From Prorocentrum cordatum (taxonomy: Eukaryota): a stretch of 53,697 nucleotides of DNA. Made by a program: the position numbers and the translations under genes. Location: NCBI GenBank assembly GCA_963575745.1, contig CAUYUJ010000298.1, positions 62,001-115,697 on the forward strand, written 5' to 3'. Numbering within the stretch: the stretch's first letter is position 1; each line of letters opens with the position of its first letter. Shown here piece by piece: positions 35,301 through 48,372 of this stretch. The notes below the pieces were generated by a model. The model was not told the DNA's origin. It did not search any database and worked only from the letters and a program-made list of their open reading frames with translations.

Positions 35301-37998
35301 GCAAACGCGCCTGATCATTCTGAGTGGATTCGCTGTGCTTACCAGCTCTGTAGCTGTCCTGAAGCTCGAGTTATCTTGAGAAAACCGACAGCGCGTGACA
35401 AGATGACTCGAAACGGCCGATCCCGCCGGAGTGCTTTTTGGCAGTGAAAGGTACCCGATCGAGCTGAGATCAAGATGGCGAGCGGGAATGAGATCGAATA
35501 TCACGGGAAAAAATACTAAGGAGCTACAAAGAATTGTTGAATTTTAAGAACAAATTTTTAACCGACCAAAAGTCAGCAAAAGGTCCGTCGAGCTTTTTCT
35601 TGCCAACTAGCTCTCCAGCGCCCCGGAACTGGCGCCGGCGGTGAACCGTCAACCTGGCCACCGCCGGGAACCTCGTAGAGCTCATTTCACGCGTAAGAGT
35701 GCTCGGAGTCGAAAGAAAGAGCTTCTGGAAGCATTTCTCGAAAAAGAAAAAAATTGAATTTTTTCGTGTCGACATAAAGATGGTTCCCCCAAGTGTTTTG
35801 ATAGTAAAACTGCGCCTACAGAGCTCATCCTAAGACAGAGAGGCCCTCATAGTCTTTCACAGGTGCGAAACATCAGGTTTCTCAAAATGAATTGTCAAAT
35901 ATCTTTCAAAAATTCGCAAAACCACCCAAAACTGGGCGCCGGCGGTAAACCGTCAACCTTGGTTACCGCCGGGAGACTCGTAGAGCTTCCTAGCTCGACT
36001 TAAGTTGAGGAAACCGATAGCAGCTACCAATATTCCGACTCATAGAATATGTTTTGATCTCGGAATGCGACAGGCGGACGCGTCTGATGTCTGCGAATTA
36101 ACTCCTGTCATTACCAGCCCTGCAGCCCGCTACAGGCCGAGTTAAGTGCAGAAAACTGACAGCACCTCTCAGGATGACTCGAAGAATACAATAGTTTCGC
36201 ATACCTAATTCGGGCAGCGGACCGAGTTCAGAGCTCTGAATTCGACAGGCGGACGCGTCTGATGTCTTCAAATCGATTCCTGTGACGACCAGCACTCTAG
36301 CCCTCTTAGCGCGAGTTCAGTGAAGAACACCACGAGCACTTCCCAAGATGACTCGACAAATACGAATAGTTTCGCGATCCTAGATCCGGCAGCAGACCGA
36401 GTTCAGGGCTCTGGATTCGACAGACAAACGCAACTGCTGATTCTGAATCGGTTCCTGTAAATATCAGTTCTGTAGCGTTCCTACAGCTCGAGTTAAGTAC
36501 AGAACACCGAGAGTTCCTGTCAAGATAACTCGAATAATACGAATAGGTTTGCGGACCTAGCTCGGCTAACAGACCGAGTTCAGACCTCTAGATTCGAGAG
36601 GCGAACGCGCCTAATCATTCTACATCGATTAGCTGTGCTTACCAGCTCTGTAGCTGTCCTAAAGCTCGAGTTATGTTCAGAAAACTGTCAGCGCGTATCA
36701 AGATGACGCAAAACGGCCGATCCCGCCACAGTGCTTTTCGATAGTAATATTCACCCGATCGAGCTGAGATCAAGATGGCGAGCGGGAATAAGATCATAGA
36801 TCACGGGACAAAATACTAGAGCTCTAACGAATGGTCAGATTTCGAGAACATAATTTTCAACCGAGCCAAAGTTGTGAAAAGTTCAGTCGAGATTTTTCGA
36901 GCCAACTAGCCTGCCAGCGTTTTCGAATTACTCTTAAGCTTCGCCGCTGCGCTCTCAGGGAAGCTCTACGAGTCAGTTGCCACATTGTCCGCCACGGCCG
37001 GGTCGACCAACTAGCTCCACCCCGCGCCGGAATTCCTCTAGCTCATCGACTGGGCGCCGGCGGTAAACCGTCAACCTTGGTTACCGCCGGGAGACTCGTA
37101 GAGCTTCCTAGCTCGACTTAAGTTGAGAAAACCGACAGCACCTACCAACATTCCGACTTATAGTGACTATTTTCTGACCTCTGAATGCGACAGGCGGACG
37201 CGTCTGATGTCTGCGAATCGACTCCTGTCATTACCAGCTGCAGCCCCCCTACAGCCCAAGTTAAGTGCAGAAAACCGACAGCACCTCTCAGGATGACTCG
37301 AGCAATAGAGTAGTTTCGCCGACCTAATTCGGCAGCAGACCGAGTTCCGAGCTCTGGATTCGACAGGCGAACGCGCCTGATATCTTCAAATCGATTCATG
37401 TGACCACCAGCACTGTAGCGCACTCTCAGCGCGAGTTGAGTGAAGAAAACCGAGAGCACTTCTCAAGATGACTCGATCAATACGAATAGTTTTGGCGATT
37501 CTAGATCGGGCAGCAGACCGAGTTCAGAGCTCTGGATTCGACAGACAAACGCAACTGATGATTGTAAATCGGTTTCTGTAAATATTAGCTCTATAGCTGT
37601 CCTACAGCTCGAGTTAAGTAGAGACAACCGAGAGTTTCTGTCAAGATGACTCGAATTATACGAATAGTTGTGCGACCTAGCTCGGCTAACAGACCGAGTT
37701 CAGACCTCTCGAGTCAACAGGCGAACGCGCCTAATCATTCTACATCGATTAGCTGTGCTTACCAGCTCTGTAGCTCTTCTAAAGCTCGAGTTATGTTGAA
37801 AAAACCGTCAGCGCGCATCAAGATGACTCGAAACGGCCGATCCCGCCACAGTGCTTTTCGATAGTAATATTCACCCGATCGAGCTGAGATCAAGATGGCG
37901 AGCGGGAATAAGATCGAATGTCACGGGAAAAAATACTAGAGCTCTAACGAATTGTTGAATTCCGAGAACAAAATTTTCAATCGACCAAAAGTCAGCAA

Positions 37999-39043
37999 AC
38001 TGGGCGCCGGCGGTAAACCGTCAACCTTGGTTACCGCCGGAGACTCGTAGAGCTTCCTAGCTCGACTTAAGTTGAGAACACCGACAGCACCTACCAACAT
38101 TCCGACTCAGAGTGAATATTTTTTTACCTCTGAATGCGACAGGCGGGCGCGTTTGATGTCTGTGAATCGACTCCTGTCATTACCAGCCCTGCAGCCCCCC
38201 TACAGCCCGAGTTAAGTGCAGAAAACAAACAGCACCTCCCAGGATGACTCGAACAATACAGTAGCTTCGCAGACCTAGCTCGGGCAGCAGACCGAGTTGC
38301 GAGCTCTGCATTCGACAGGCGGACGTGTCTGATGTTCAAATCGCTTCATGTGACCACCAGGACTGTAGCCCGCCTCAGCGCAGTTTAGTGAAGAAAACCG
38401 AGAGCACTTCTCAAGATAACTCGACCAATACGAATAGTTTCGCGATTCTAGATCGGGCAGCAGACCGAGTTCGGAGCTCTGGATTCGACAGACAGACGCA
38501 ACTGATGATTCTGAATCGGTTTCTGTAAATATCAGCTCTGTAGCTGTCCTACAGCTCGAGTGAAGTACAGAAAACCGAGAGTTCCTGTCAGGATGACTGG
38601 AATAATACGAATAGGTTTGCGGACCTAGCTCGGCTAACAGACCGAGTTCGGACCTCTGGATTCAACAGGCGTACGCGCCTAATCATTCTGCATCGATTAG
38701 CTGTGCTTACCAGCTCTCTAGCTGTCCTAAAGCTCGAGTTATGTTCAGATAACCGTCAGCGCGTATCAAGATGACTCAAAACGGCCGATCCCGCCACAGT
38801 GCTTTTCGATAGTACTATTCACTCGATCGAGCTGAGATCAAGATGGCGAGCGGGAATAAGATCGAATATCACGGGAAAAAATACTAGAGCTCTAACGAAT
38901 TGTTAAATTTCGAGAACATAATTTTCAACTGAGCAAAAGTCACCAAAAGTTCCGTCGAGATTTTTCGAGCCAACTAGCTCTCCAGCGCGCGGGAATTACT
39001 CTGAGCTTCCAGCAATAACTTGCTAAGGGAAGCTCTACGAGTT
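37999..39043 (-). mobile_element. Complete family A' element; part of a run of A' copies at about 35931-41162
   Basis: Head variant CCTTGGTTACCGCCGGGAGACTCGTAGAGCTTCCTAGC; flanks rejoin GTCAGCAA|AAGTTCCGTCG. Confidence 0.85.
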
Positions 39044-40113
39044 AAGTTCCGTCGAAATTTTTCTTGCCAACTAGCTCTCCAGCGCGCCGGAATTACTCTT
39101 AGCTTCCAGCAACTGGGCGCCGGCGGTAAACCGTCAACCTTGGTTACCGCCGGGAGACTCGTAGAGCTTCCTAGCTCGACTTAAGTTGAGGAAACCGACA
39201 GCACCTACCAACATTCCGACTCATAGTGAATATATTTTGACTTCTGAATGCGACAGGCGGACGCATCTGATGTCTGCGAATCAACTCCTGTCATTACCAG
39301 CCCTGCAGCCCCCCTACAGCCCGAGTTAAGAACAGAAAACCGACAGCACCTCCCAGGATGACTCGAACAATACAGTAGTTTCGCAGACCTAATTCGACAG
39401 CGGACCGATTTCCGAGCTCTGGATTCGACAGGCGGACGCGCCTGCTGTCTTGATATCGATTTCTGTGACCACCAGCACTGTAGCCCCCCTCAGCGCGAAT
39501 TGAATGAAGAAAACCGAGAGCACTTCTCAAGATGACTCGAACAATACGAATAGGTTCGCGATTCTAGATCGGGCAGCAGACCGAGTTCAGAGCTCTGGAT
39601 TCGACAGACAAGCGTAACTGATGATTCTGAATCAGTTTCTGTAAATATCAGCTCTGTATCTGTTCTACAGCTCGAGTTAAGTACAGAAAACCGAGAGTTT
39701 CTGTCAAGATGACTCGAATAATACGAATAGGTTTGCGGACCTAGCTCGGCTAACAGACCGAGTTCATACCTCTGGTTTCATCAGACGAACGCGCCTAATC
39801 ATTCTACATCGATTAGCTGTGCTTACCAGCTTTGTAGCTGTCCTAAAGCTCGAGTTATGTTCAGAAAACCGTCAGCGCGTATCAAGATGACTCAAAACGG
39901 CCGATCCCGCCACAGTGCTTTTCGATAGTAATATTCACTCGATCGAGCTGAGATCAAGATGGCGAGCGGGAATAAGATCGAATATCACGGGAAAAAATAC
40001 TAGAGCTCAAACGAATTCTTAAATTTCGAGAACATAATTTTCAACTGAGCAAAAGTCACCAAAAGTGCCGTCGAGATTTTTCTTGCCAACTAGCTCTCCA
40101 GCGCGCCGGAATT

Positions 40114-41162
40114 ACTGGGCGCCGGCGGTAAACCGTCAACCTTGGTGACCGCCGGGAGACTCGTAGAGCTTCCTAGCTCGACTTAAGTTGAGCAAATCGA
40201 CAGCACCTACCAATATTCCGACTCTTAGTGAATATTTTTTGACCTCTGAATGCGACAGGCGGACGCGTCTGATGTCTGCGAATCGACTCCTGTCATTACC
40301 AGCCCTGCAGCCCCCCTACAGCCCGAGTGAAGTGCAGAAAACCGACAGCATCTCTCAGGATGACTCGAACAATACGAATAGTTTCGCGGACCTAGTTCGA
40401 GCAGCAGACAGAGTTCAGAGCTCTGGATTCCAGAGGCGGACGCACCTGATGTCTTCGAATCGATTCCTGTGACCACAAGCACTGTAGTCCCTCTCAGCGC
40501 GAGTTTTCTGCAGGAAAACCGAGAGCACTTCTGAAGATGACTCGACCAGTACGAATATTTTCGCGATTCTAGATCGGGTAGCAGACCGAGTTCAGAGCTC
40601 TGGATTCGACAGACAAATGCAACTGATAATTCTGAATCGGTTTCTGTAAATATCAGCTCTGTAGCTGTTCTACAGCTGGAGTTAAGTACAGAAAACCGAG
40701 AGTTTCTGTCCAGATGACTCGAATAATACGAATAGGTTTCCAGACCTAGCTCGGCTAACAGACCGAGTTCAGACCTTTGAATTGAACAGGCGAACGCGCC
40801 TAATCATTCTACATCGATTAGCTGTGCTTACGAGCTCTGTAGCTGTCCTAAAGCTCGAGTTATATTCAGAAAACCGTTAGCGCGTATCAAGATGACTCAA
40901 AACGGCCGATCCCGCCACAGTGCTTTTCGATAGTAATATTCACCCGATCGAGCTGAGATCAAGATGGCAAGCGGGAATCAGATCGAATATCACGGGAAAA
41001 AATTAGAGCTCTAACGAATTGTTAAATTTCGAGGAAAAAAAATTCAACCAACCAAAAGTCACCCAAAGTTCCGTCGAGATTTTTCTTGCCAACTAGCTCT
41101 CCAGCGCGCCGGAATTACTCTTAGCTTCCAGCAATAACTTGCTCAGGGAAGCTCTACGAGTT
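40114..41162 (-). mobile_element. Complete family A' element abutting the next head
   Basis: ACTGGGCGCC...GGAAGCTCTACGAGTT followed directly by ACTGGGCGCC at 41163. Confidence 0.85.
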
Positions 41163-43077
41163 ACTGGGCGCCGGCGGTAAACCGTCAACCTTTCTTACCG
41201 CCGGGGGACTCGTAGAGCTTCCTGACAATATATGATGTCGAAAAAAATTGCAGAGAACGAATAGTTTTTCAGCCCAAGCGATGTCAGACCTCTCGATGCA
41301 ACAGCCGAACGCCTCCCGATGCTTCTGGATTGTCTTCTGCACGAGCTCTCTAGCTCTCCTACAGCCCCAGTTAAGTGCGTCAATCGACAGCATCTCTCAA
41401 GATGATTCGAACAAAACGAATAGTTTGGCAAACCCAGCTCGATTATCAGACCCAGTTCAGACCTCTCAATTCGACAGGCAGACGCGTCTGATGTGTCCGA
41501 ATGGATTCCTGTGATTACCAGCCCTGCAGCCCCCCTACAGCCCGATTTAAGTGTAGAAAGCCGACAGCATCTTTCAGGATGACTCGAACAATACGAACAG
41601 TTTCGCGGACCGAGTTCGGGCAGGAGACCGAGTTCCGAGCTCTGGATTCCACAGGCGGACGCGACTGATGTCTCCAAATCGATTGCTGTCACCACCAGCA
41701 CTCTAGCCTCCCTACAGCCCAAGTTAAGTGCACAAAACCGACAGCACTTCTCAAGGTGACTCGAACAATACGAACAGTTTCGCGATTATGGATCGGGCAG
41801 CAGACCGAGTTCAGAGCTCTGGATTCAACAGACAAACGCGACTGATGATTCTGAATAAGTTTCTGTAAGTACCAGCTCTGTAGCTGTCCTATAGCTCGAG
41901 TTAAGTACAGAAAACCGAAAGCGCCTGTCAAGATGACTCGAATAATACGAATAGGTTTGCGGACCTAGCTCGGCTAACAGACCGAGTTCAGACCTCTGGG
42001 TTCAACAGGCGAACGCGCCTGATCATTCTGCATCGATTAGCTGTGCTTACCAGCTCTGTAGCTGTCCTGAAGCTCGAGTTATCTTGATAAAACCGAGAGC
42101 GCGTATCAAGATGACTCGAAACGGCCGATCCCGCCTGCCTGCTTTCTGGCAGTAAAACTTACCCGATCGAGCTGAGATCAAGATGGTGAGCGGGAATAAT
42201 ATCAAATATCATGGGAAAAAATACTAGAGCTCTAACGAATGGTCAAATCTTAAGAACAAAATTTTCAACCGACCAAAAGTCACCAAAAGGTCCGTCGAGA
42301 TTTTCCTTGCCAACTAGCTCTCCAGCGCCCCGGAACTGGCGCCGGCGGTGAACCGTCGACCTGGTCACCGCCGGGAACCTCGTAGAGCTCCTAGCATGCG
42401 TGAGAGTGCTCAGCGTCGAAAGAGAGGGCTTCTGGAAGAATTTTTCGAAAAAGAGAAAACATGATTTTTTCGATGTCGACCTGAAGTTGGTTCCGCCAAG
42501 TGTTTTGGTAGTAAAAAGACATCTAGAGAGCTCATATTCAGACAGAGAGGCCATCATATTCGTTTACAGGTGCGGAAAATCTGCTTTCTCAAAATAAATG
42601 GTCAAATATCTTTCAAATATTCCCAAAACCACCCAAAAGATGCCACATTGTCCGCCTCGGCCGGGGCCAACTGGCGCCGGCGGTGAACCGTCAACCTGGT
42701 CACCGCCGGGAACCTCGTAGAGGTCCTCTTACTAGTAAGAGTGCAGAGAATCGACACAGAATGAAAAAATATAGATTTTTCGAAAATCTTGAAATTCGAT
42801 GTTTTCGATGTTCAGATTCGCTCAGTTCCTGGAAGTCAACTCATGCAAAAATGCATCGAGAGAGCTGAGCTGCGATCAGAGAGGAGTTCATATGCCAATG
42901 CTCGGCGTAAAAATCTGCTTTTTCGAAATAAATGGTGAAATATCTTTCAAATTTTCGGAAAACCACGCAAAAGTTGCCACATTGTCCGCCTCGGCCGGCT
43001 GGGCCAGCTAGCTCCACCCCGCGCCGGAATTCCTCTAGCTCATCGACTGGGCACCGGCGGTAAACCGTCAACCTTGG

Positions 43078-43236
43078 TTTTTCGTTTCGCGGACACACGG
43101 GCCCTAGGGCCCCGTCCAGTCCGAGGCGGGCGGGCACGCCAAACGCGGGCCACCGAGCGGCTAAGGCGAAAGCCTCACCACGCCAAGCACGTGGGGGGCG
43201 GCTTCGGCGGTAGCCTCTGGCAGCTCTTAGAGCTGC
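43078..43236 (-). mobile_element. About 160-bp structured retroposed insert (SINE-like, or 5'-truncated LINE) in the Helentron hairpin loop
   Basis: Follows CCGTCAACCTTGG; minus-strand 3' end CGAAACGAAAAA; target resumes at about GCCG/GGGAG-CTCGTAGAGC with a few target bases lost. Confidence 0.7.
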
Positions 43237-44209
43237 CGAGGGAGCTCGTAGAGCTTCCTAGCTCGACTTAAGTTGAGAAAACCGACAGCACCTACCAACG
43301 TTCCAACTTATAGAAGATATTTTTTGACCTCTGAATGCGACAGGCAGACGCGTCTCATGTCTGCGAATCGACTCCTGTCATTACCAGCGCTGGAGCCCCC
43401 CCCCCCCCCTACAGCCCGAGTGAAATGCAGAAAACCGACAGCATCTCTCAGAATGACTCGAACAATACAATAGATTCGCAGACCTAATTCGGGCAGCAGA
43501 CCGAGTTCCGAGCTCTGGATGCGACAGACGGACGCGCATGATCTTTCAAATCGATTCATGTGAGAACCAGCACTGTAGCATGCTCTCAGCGGAAGTTGAG
43601 TGAAGAAAACCGAGAGCATCTCTCAAGATGACTCGACCAATACGAATAATTTCGCGAGTCTGGATCGGGCAGCTGACCGAGTTCAGGGCTCTGGATTCGA
43701 CAGACAAACGCAACTGACGATTCTGAATCAGTTACTGTAAACATCAGCTTTCTAGCTGTGATACAGCTCGAGTTTAGTACAGAAAACCGAGAGTTTGAGT
43801 CAAAATGACTCGCATACTACGGATAGGTTTGCGAACCTAGCTCGGCTCACAGACCGAGTTCAGACCTCTGGATTGAACAGGCGAACGCGCCTAATCATTC
43901 TGCATCGATTAGCTGTGCTCACTAGCTCCGTAGCTGCTCTACAGCTCGAGATATGTTCAGAAAACCGTCAGCGCATACCAAGATGACTCGAAACGGCCGA
44001 TCCCGCCAGAGTGCTTTTCGATAGTAATATTCACCCGATCGAGCTGAGATCAAGATGGATAGCGGGAATAAGATCGAATAGCACGGGAAACAATACTAGA
44101 GCTCAAACGAATTGTCAAATTTCGAGAACCAAATTTTCAACTGACCAAAAGTCAGCAAAAGTTCCGTCGAGGTGTTTCTTGCCAACTAGCTATCCAGCGC
44201 GCCGGAATT

Positions 44210-45172
44210 ACTGGGAGCCGGCGGTAAACCGTCAACCAGGTTGCCACCGGGAGCCTCGTAGAGCTCTTTTCTCGTGCGGGGCTACCCGGTACACATTGAG
44301 GGAGTTTTCTGCAAGATTTCTTTGCGAAAGAGCTCTCAAGCTCGTCTGGAGCTCGAGTTAAGTAGAAAAAACACCTTGAGTTCCAACAAAAATCGGTCGC
44401 ATACGAATAGTGTTGCGAACCTAGCTTGGGTAGCAGACTGTGTTCAGAGATGTAGATGCTCCAGCCGAACGCCCTGGATGATTCTGGATCGGTTTCCGTG
44501 CGTCCTAGCTCTCCAACTCTGCTACAGCTTCAGTTAAGTACAGAAGACCGACAGCGCCTGCAAAGAGAACTTGAAGAATACGAATAGTTTGCGGACCTAG
44601 CTGGGGTAGCAGGCCGAGTTCAGACCGCTTGATGCAACAGACAGACGCGTCTAATGGTACAGAACCTTTCGTGTGCGTACCAGCTCTGTAGCTATTCTAG
44701 ATCGTGAGTTAAGTGCAAACTAACAGCACTTGTCTAAATGACACGAAGATTACGAATAGATTTCGAGACCTAGCTCGGGCAGCAGACCGAGTTCAGAGCT
44801 CTCGATGGGAGAAACGTACCTCAAGATTCTGAATCGGTTTCAATAGACATCAGCTCAGTAGCTGTCTAAATCTCGAGATACGTACAGAAAACTGTCAACG
44901 CGTGACAAGATGACTCGAAACGGCCGTCAGTTCCAGCAAGTCTTTTGATAGTAATATTGCAGCTACGGACCTAAGAATTTGAATGGCAGACGCGGCATAA
45001 CCCAGCACAGGTGAGAAAAATGCCAGCTCCCAAAACGAATTTTCAAATTTCGCACAAAGATTGAAAAACCGACCCAAAGTTACCACATTGTCTCTTAAGG
45101 CCGGGTCGGTGAACTAGCTCAGCCTGCGCCCGAATTCCTCTAGCTCATCGATGCCGAAGAGCTCTACGAGGT
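44210..45172 (-). mobile_element. Family C variant element (diverged 178-bp repeats, B-type tail)
   Basis: Head ACTGGGAGCCGGCGGTAAACCGTCAACCAGGTTGCCACCGGGAGCCTCGTAGAGCTC; tail GAGCTCTACGAGGT. Confidence 0.6.
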
Positions 45173-48100
45173 AATGGGCGCCGGCGGTAAACTGTCAACC
45201 TTTGTTACCGCCGGGGGACTCGTAGAGCTTCCTGACAACATATAATGTCGAAAAAAAATGCAGAGAACGAATAGTTTTTCAGCCCAACTCGAGTATGAGA
45301 CCGAGTTCAGACCTCTGAATGCGACAGACGGACGCGTCTGATGTCTCCGAATCGATTCCTGTGATTGCCCGCCATGCAGCCTCCCCAGCCCGAGTCAAGT
45401 GCAGAACGCCGACAGTAGCTCTCAAGATGAATGGAAGAATACGAACAGTTTTGTGATTCTGGATCGCGCAGCAGACCGAGTTCAGAGCTCTGCATTCGAC
45501 AGACAAACGCGACTGGTGATTATGAATCGGTTTCTGTAACTATCAGCCCTGTATCTGTCCTATAGCTTGAGTTAAGTACAGGAAACCGAGAGCGCCTATC
45601 AAGATGATTCGAATAATACGAATAGGTTTGCGGACCTAGCTCGGCTAGCAGACCGAGTTCAGACCTCTGGTTGGAACAGCCGAACGCGCCTGATGATTCT
45701 GAGTCGATGAGGCGTGCTTACCAGCTCTGTAGCTGTCCTATACCTCGAGTTAAGTTCAGAATACCGACAGTGCGAATCAAGATGACTTGAATTATACGAA
45801 TAGGCTAGCAAACCGAGTTCAGAGCTCTGGATTCAACAATCTTTTCTCGCACGGCGCTCCTCGGTACATATGCAGAGTCTCCCAAAAACTCGAAACATCA
45901 CGTTTTATGTTTTCATCGAAAGGTGGTTTCGCCAAGTGTTTTGATGGCAATACTGCCCCTACGGGCATTAGAACTGGGCGCCGGCGGTAAACCGTCAACC
46001 TTTCTTACCGCCGGGGGACTCGTAGAGCTTCCTGACAACATATAATGTCGAAAAAAAGTAAACAGAAAAAATGTTTTTCAGCCCAAGCAATTTCAGAGCT
46101 CTCGGATGCAACAGCCGAACGCCCCCGATGCTTCTGGATTGTCTTCTGTGCGAGCTCTGTGAACTCCTACAGCCCGAGTTACCGGCGTAAATCGACAGCA
46201 CCTCTCAACATGACTCGAAGAATACGAATAGTTGCAAACCTAGTTCGAGTATCAGACCGAGTTCAGACCTCTGCATGCGACAGGCGGACGCGTCTGATGT
46301 CTCTGAATCGATTCCTGTGATTACCAGCCCTGCAGCCCCCCCTACAGCCCGAGTTAAGTGCAGGAAACCGACAGCACCTCTCAGGATGACTCGAACAATA
46401 CGAATAGTTTCGCGGACCAAGTTCGGGCAGCAGACAGAGTTCGGGGCTCTGGATTCGAAAGGCGGACGCGCTGATGTCTCCGAATCGATTCCAGTGATTA
46501 CCAGCCATGCAGCCCCCTACAGCCCGAGTTAAGTGCAGAGAACCGACAGCATCTCTCAAGATGACTCGAACAATACGAATAGTTTCGCGATTCTAGATCG
46601 GGCAGGAGTCCGAGATCAGAGCTTTGGATTCAACAGACAACGCCCACTGATAATTCTGAATCAGATTATGTACGTATCAGCTCTGTAGCTGCCCTCTAGC
46701 TCGAGTTAAGTACAGAAAACCGAGAGCGTGCGTCAAGATGACTCGAATAATACGAATAGGTTTGCGAACCTAGCTCGGCTAGCAGATCGAGTTCAGACCT
46801 CTGAGTTCAACAGGCGAGCGCGCCTGAACATTCTGAATCGATTAGTTGTGCTTACCAGCTCTGTAGCTGTCCTAAAGCTCGAGTTATCTTGATAAAACCG
46901 TCACCGCGTGACAAGATGACCCGACACGGCCGATCCCGCCCGCGTGCTTTTTGGCAGTAAAAGGTACCCGATCGAGCTGAGATCAAGATGGCGAGCGGGA
47001 ATAAGATCGAATACCACGGGAAAAAATACTAGAGCTCTAACGAATCTTCAAATTTGGAGAACAAAAAAAAAGACCAAAAGTCACCAAGAGGTCCGTCGAG
47101 ATTTTTCTTGCCAACTAGCTCTCCAGCGCCCCGGAATTACTCTTGAGCTTCCAGCAAGAAGCTCAACTTATAACTCGTAGAGCTTTCAACAGCAAGTGTT
47201 TGCTGGAAGCTGCGGGTATCCCGTGGAGCTTCCCTCAGCAAGTTATTGCTGGAAACTGGGCGCCGGCGCTAAACCGTCAACCTTCCTCACCGCCGGGGGA
47301 CTCGCAGAGCTTCCTGAGAATATATGCGGGAAAGAATTTCAGACAACGACTAGTTTTTCAGCCCAGGCGATTATAGACCTCTCAAGATCCTTCGCGAACA
47401 TAGCTCGGGAAGCAGGCCGAGTTCAGAGCTCTTCATTTAACAGACGAACGCGCCTGATAATTCTCAATCGGTTTCTGTGATTATCAGCTATGTGGCTGCC
47501 TACAGATCGAGTTAAGTACAGAAAACCGAGAGCGTCTGCTACAATGAATCGAATAATACGAATAGGTTTGCGACTCTAGCTCGGCTAACAGACCGAGTTC
47601 AGACCTCTCGATTCAACAGGCGAACGCGCCTGATCATTCTGCATGCATTAGCTGTGCTGACCAGCTCTTTAGTTGTCCTGAAGCTCGAGTTATCTTCAGG
47701 AAACCGACAGCGCGTATCAAGATGACTCGAAACGGCCGTTCCCGCCCGTGCTTTTCGGCCTTCAAAGTTACCCGATCGAGCTGAGATCAAGATGGCGAGC
47801 GGGAACAAGATCGACTATCGTGGGAAAAAATACTAGAGCTCTAACGAATGTTCAAATTTTGAGAACAAAATTTTCAACCGACCAAAAGTCACCAAAAGGT
47901 CCGTCGAGATTTTTCTTGCCAACTAGCTCTCCAGCTCCCCGGAATTACTCTTAAGCTTCCAGCAATAACTTGCTAGAAAGGAAGCCCTACGATTTATGTT
48001 GACGAACGCAAAATGACCTACTACAGGTGCGAAAATTACCGGTTCTCAAAATAAATGTTCAAATCTCTCATAAAGTTTATCCAACCGACCCAAAGTTCGC

Positions 48101-48372
48101 ACATTGTCCGTCGGGGCCGGATCGACCAGCTAGCTGCACCGCGCGCCCGAATTCCTCTAGCTCATCGATGCCGAAGAGCTCTACGAGGTACTCTTAAGCT
48201 TCCAGCAATAACTTGCAAAAGGAGACTCTACTTGCAATAACTTGCTAAACTTGCTTAGGCTTCCAGCAACTAGCTGAGGGAAGCTCTACGGGCCACTCGT
48301 ACGCTTCCAGCAACTGGCTTAGGGAAGCTCTACGTGTCATGCCGAAAAGCTCTACGAGGTATTTCTCTTAGT

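Noticed and set aside
43081..43180. Hammerhead ribozyme suggested by CGAAA motifs
   Set aside because: No CUGAnGA core on either strand within the insert.
33146..48372. Telomeric head-to-tail retroelement array (HeT-A or Penelope-like) as the explanation for the repeats
   Set aside because: Interrupted copies resume precisely after several inserts, and both ends are fixed with subTIRs, which indicates nested DNA insertions.
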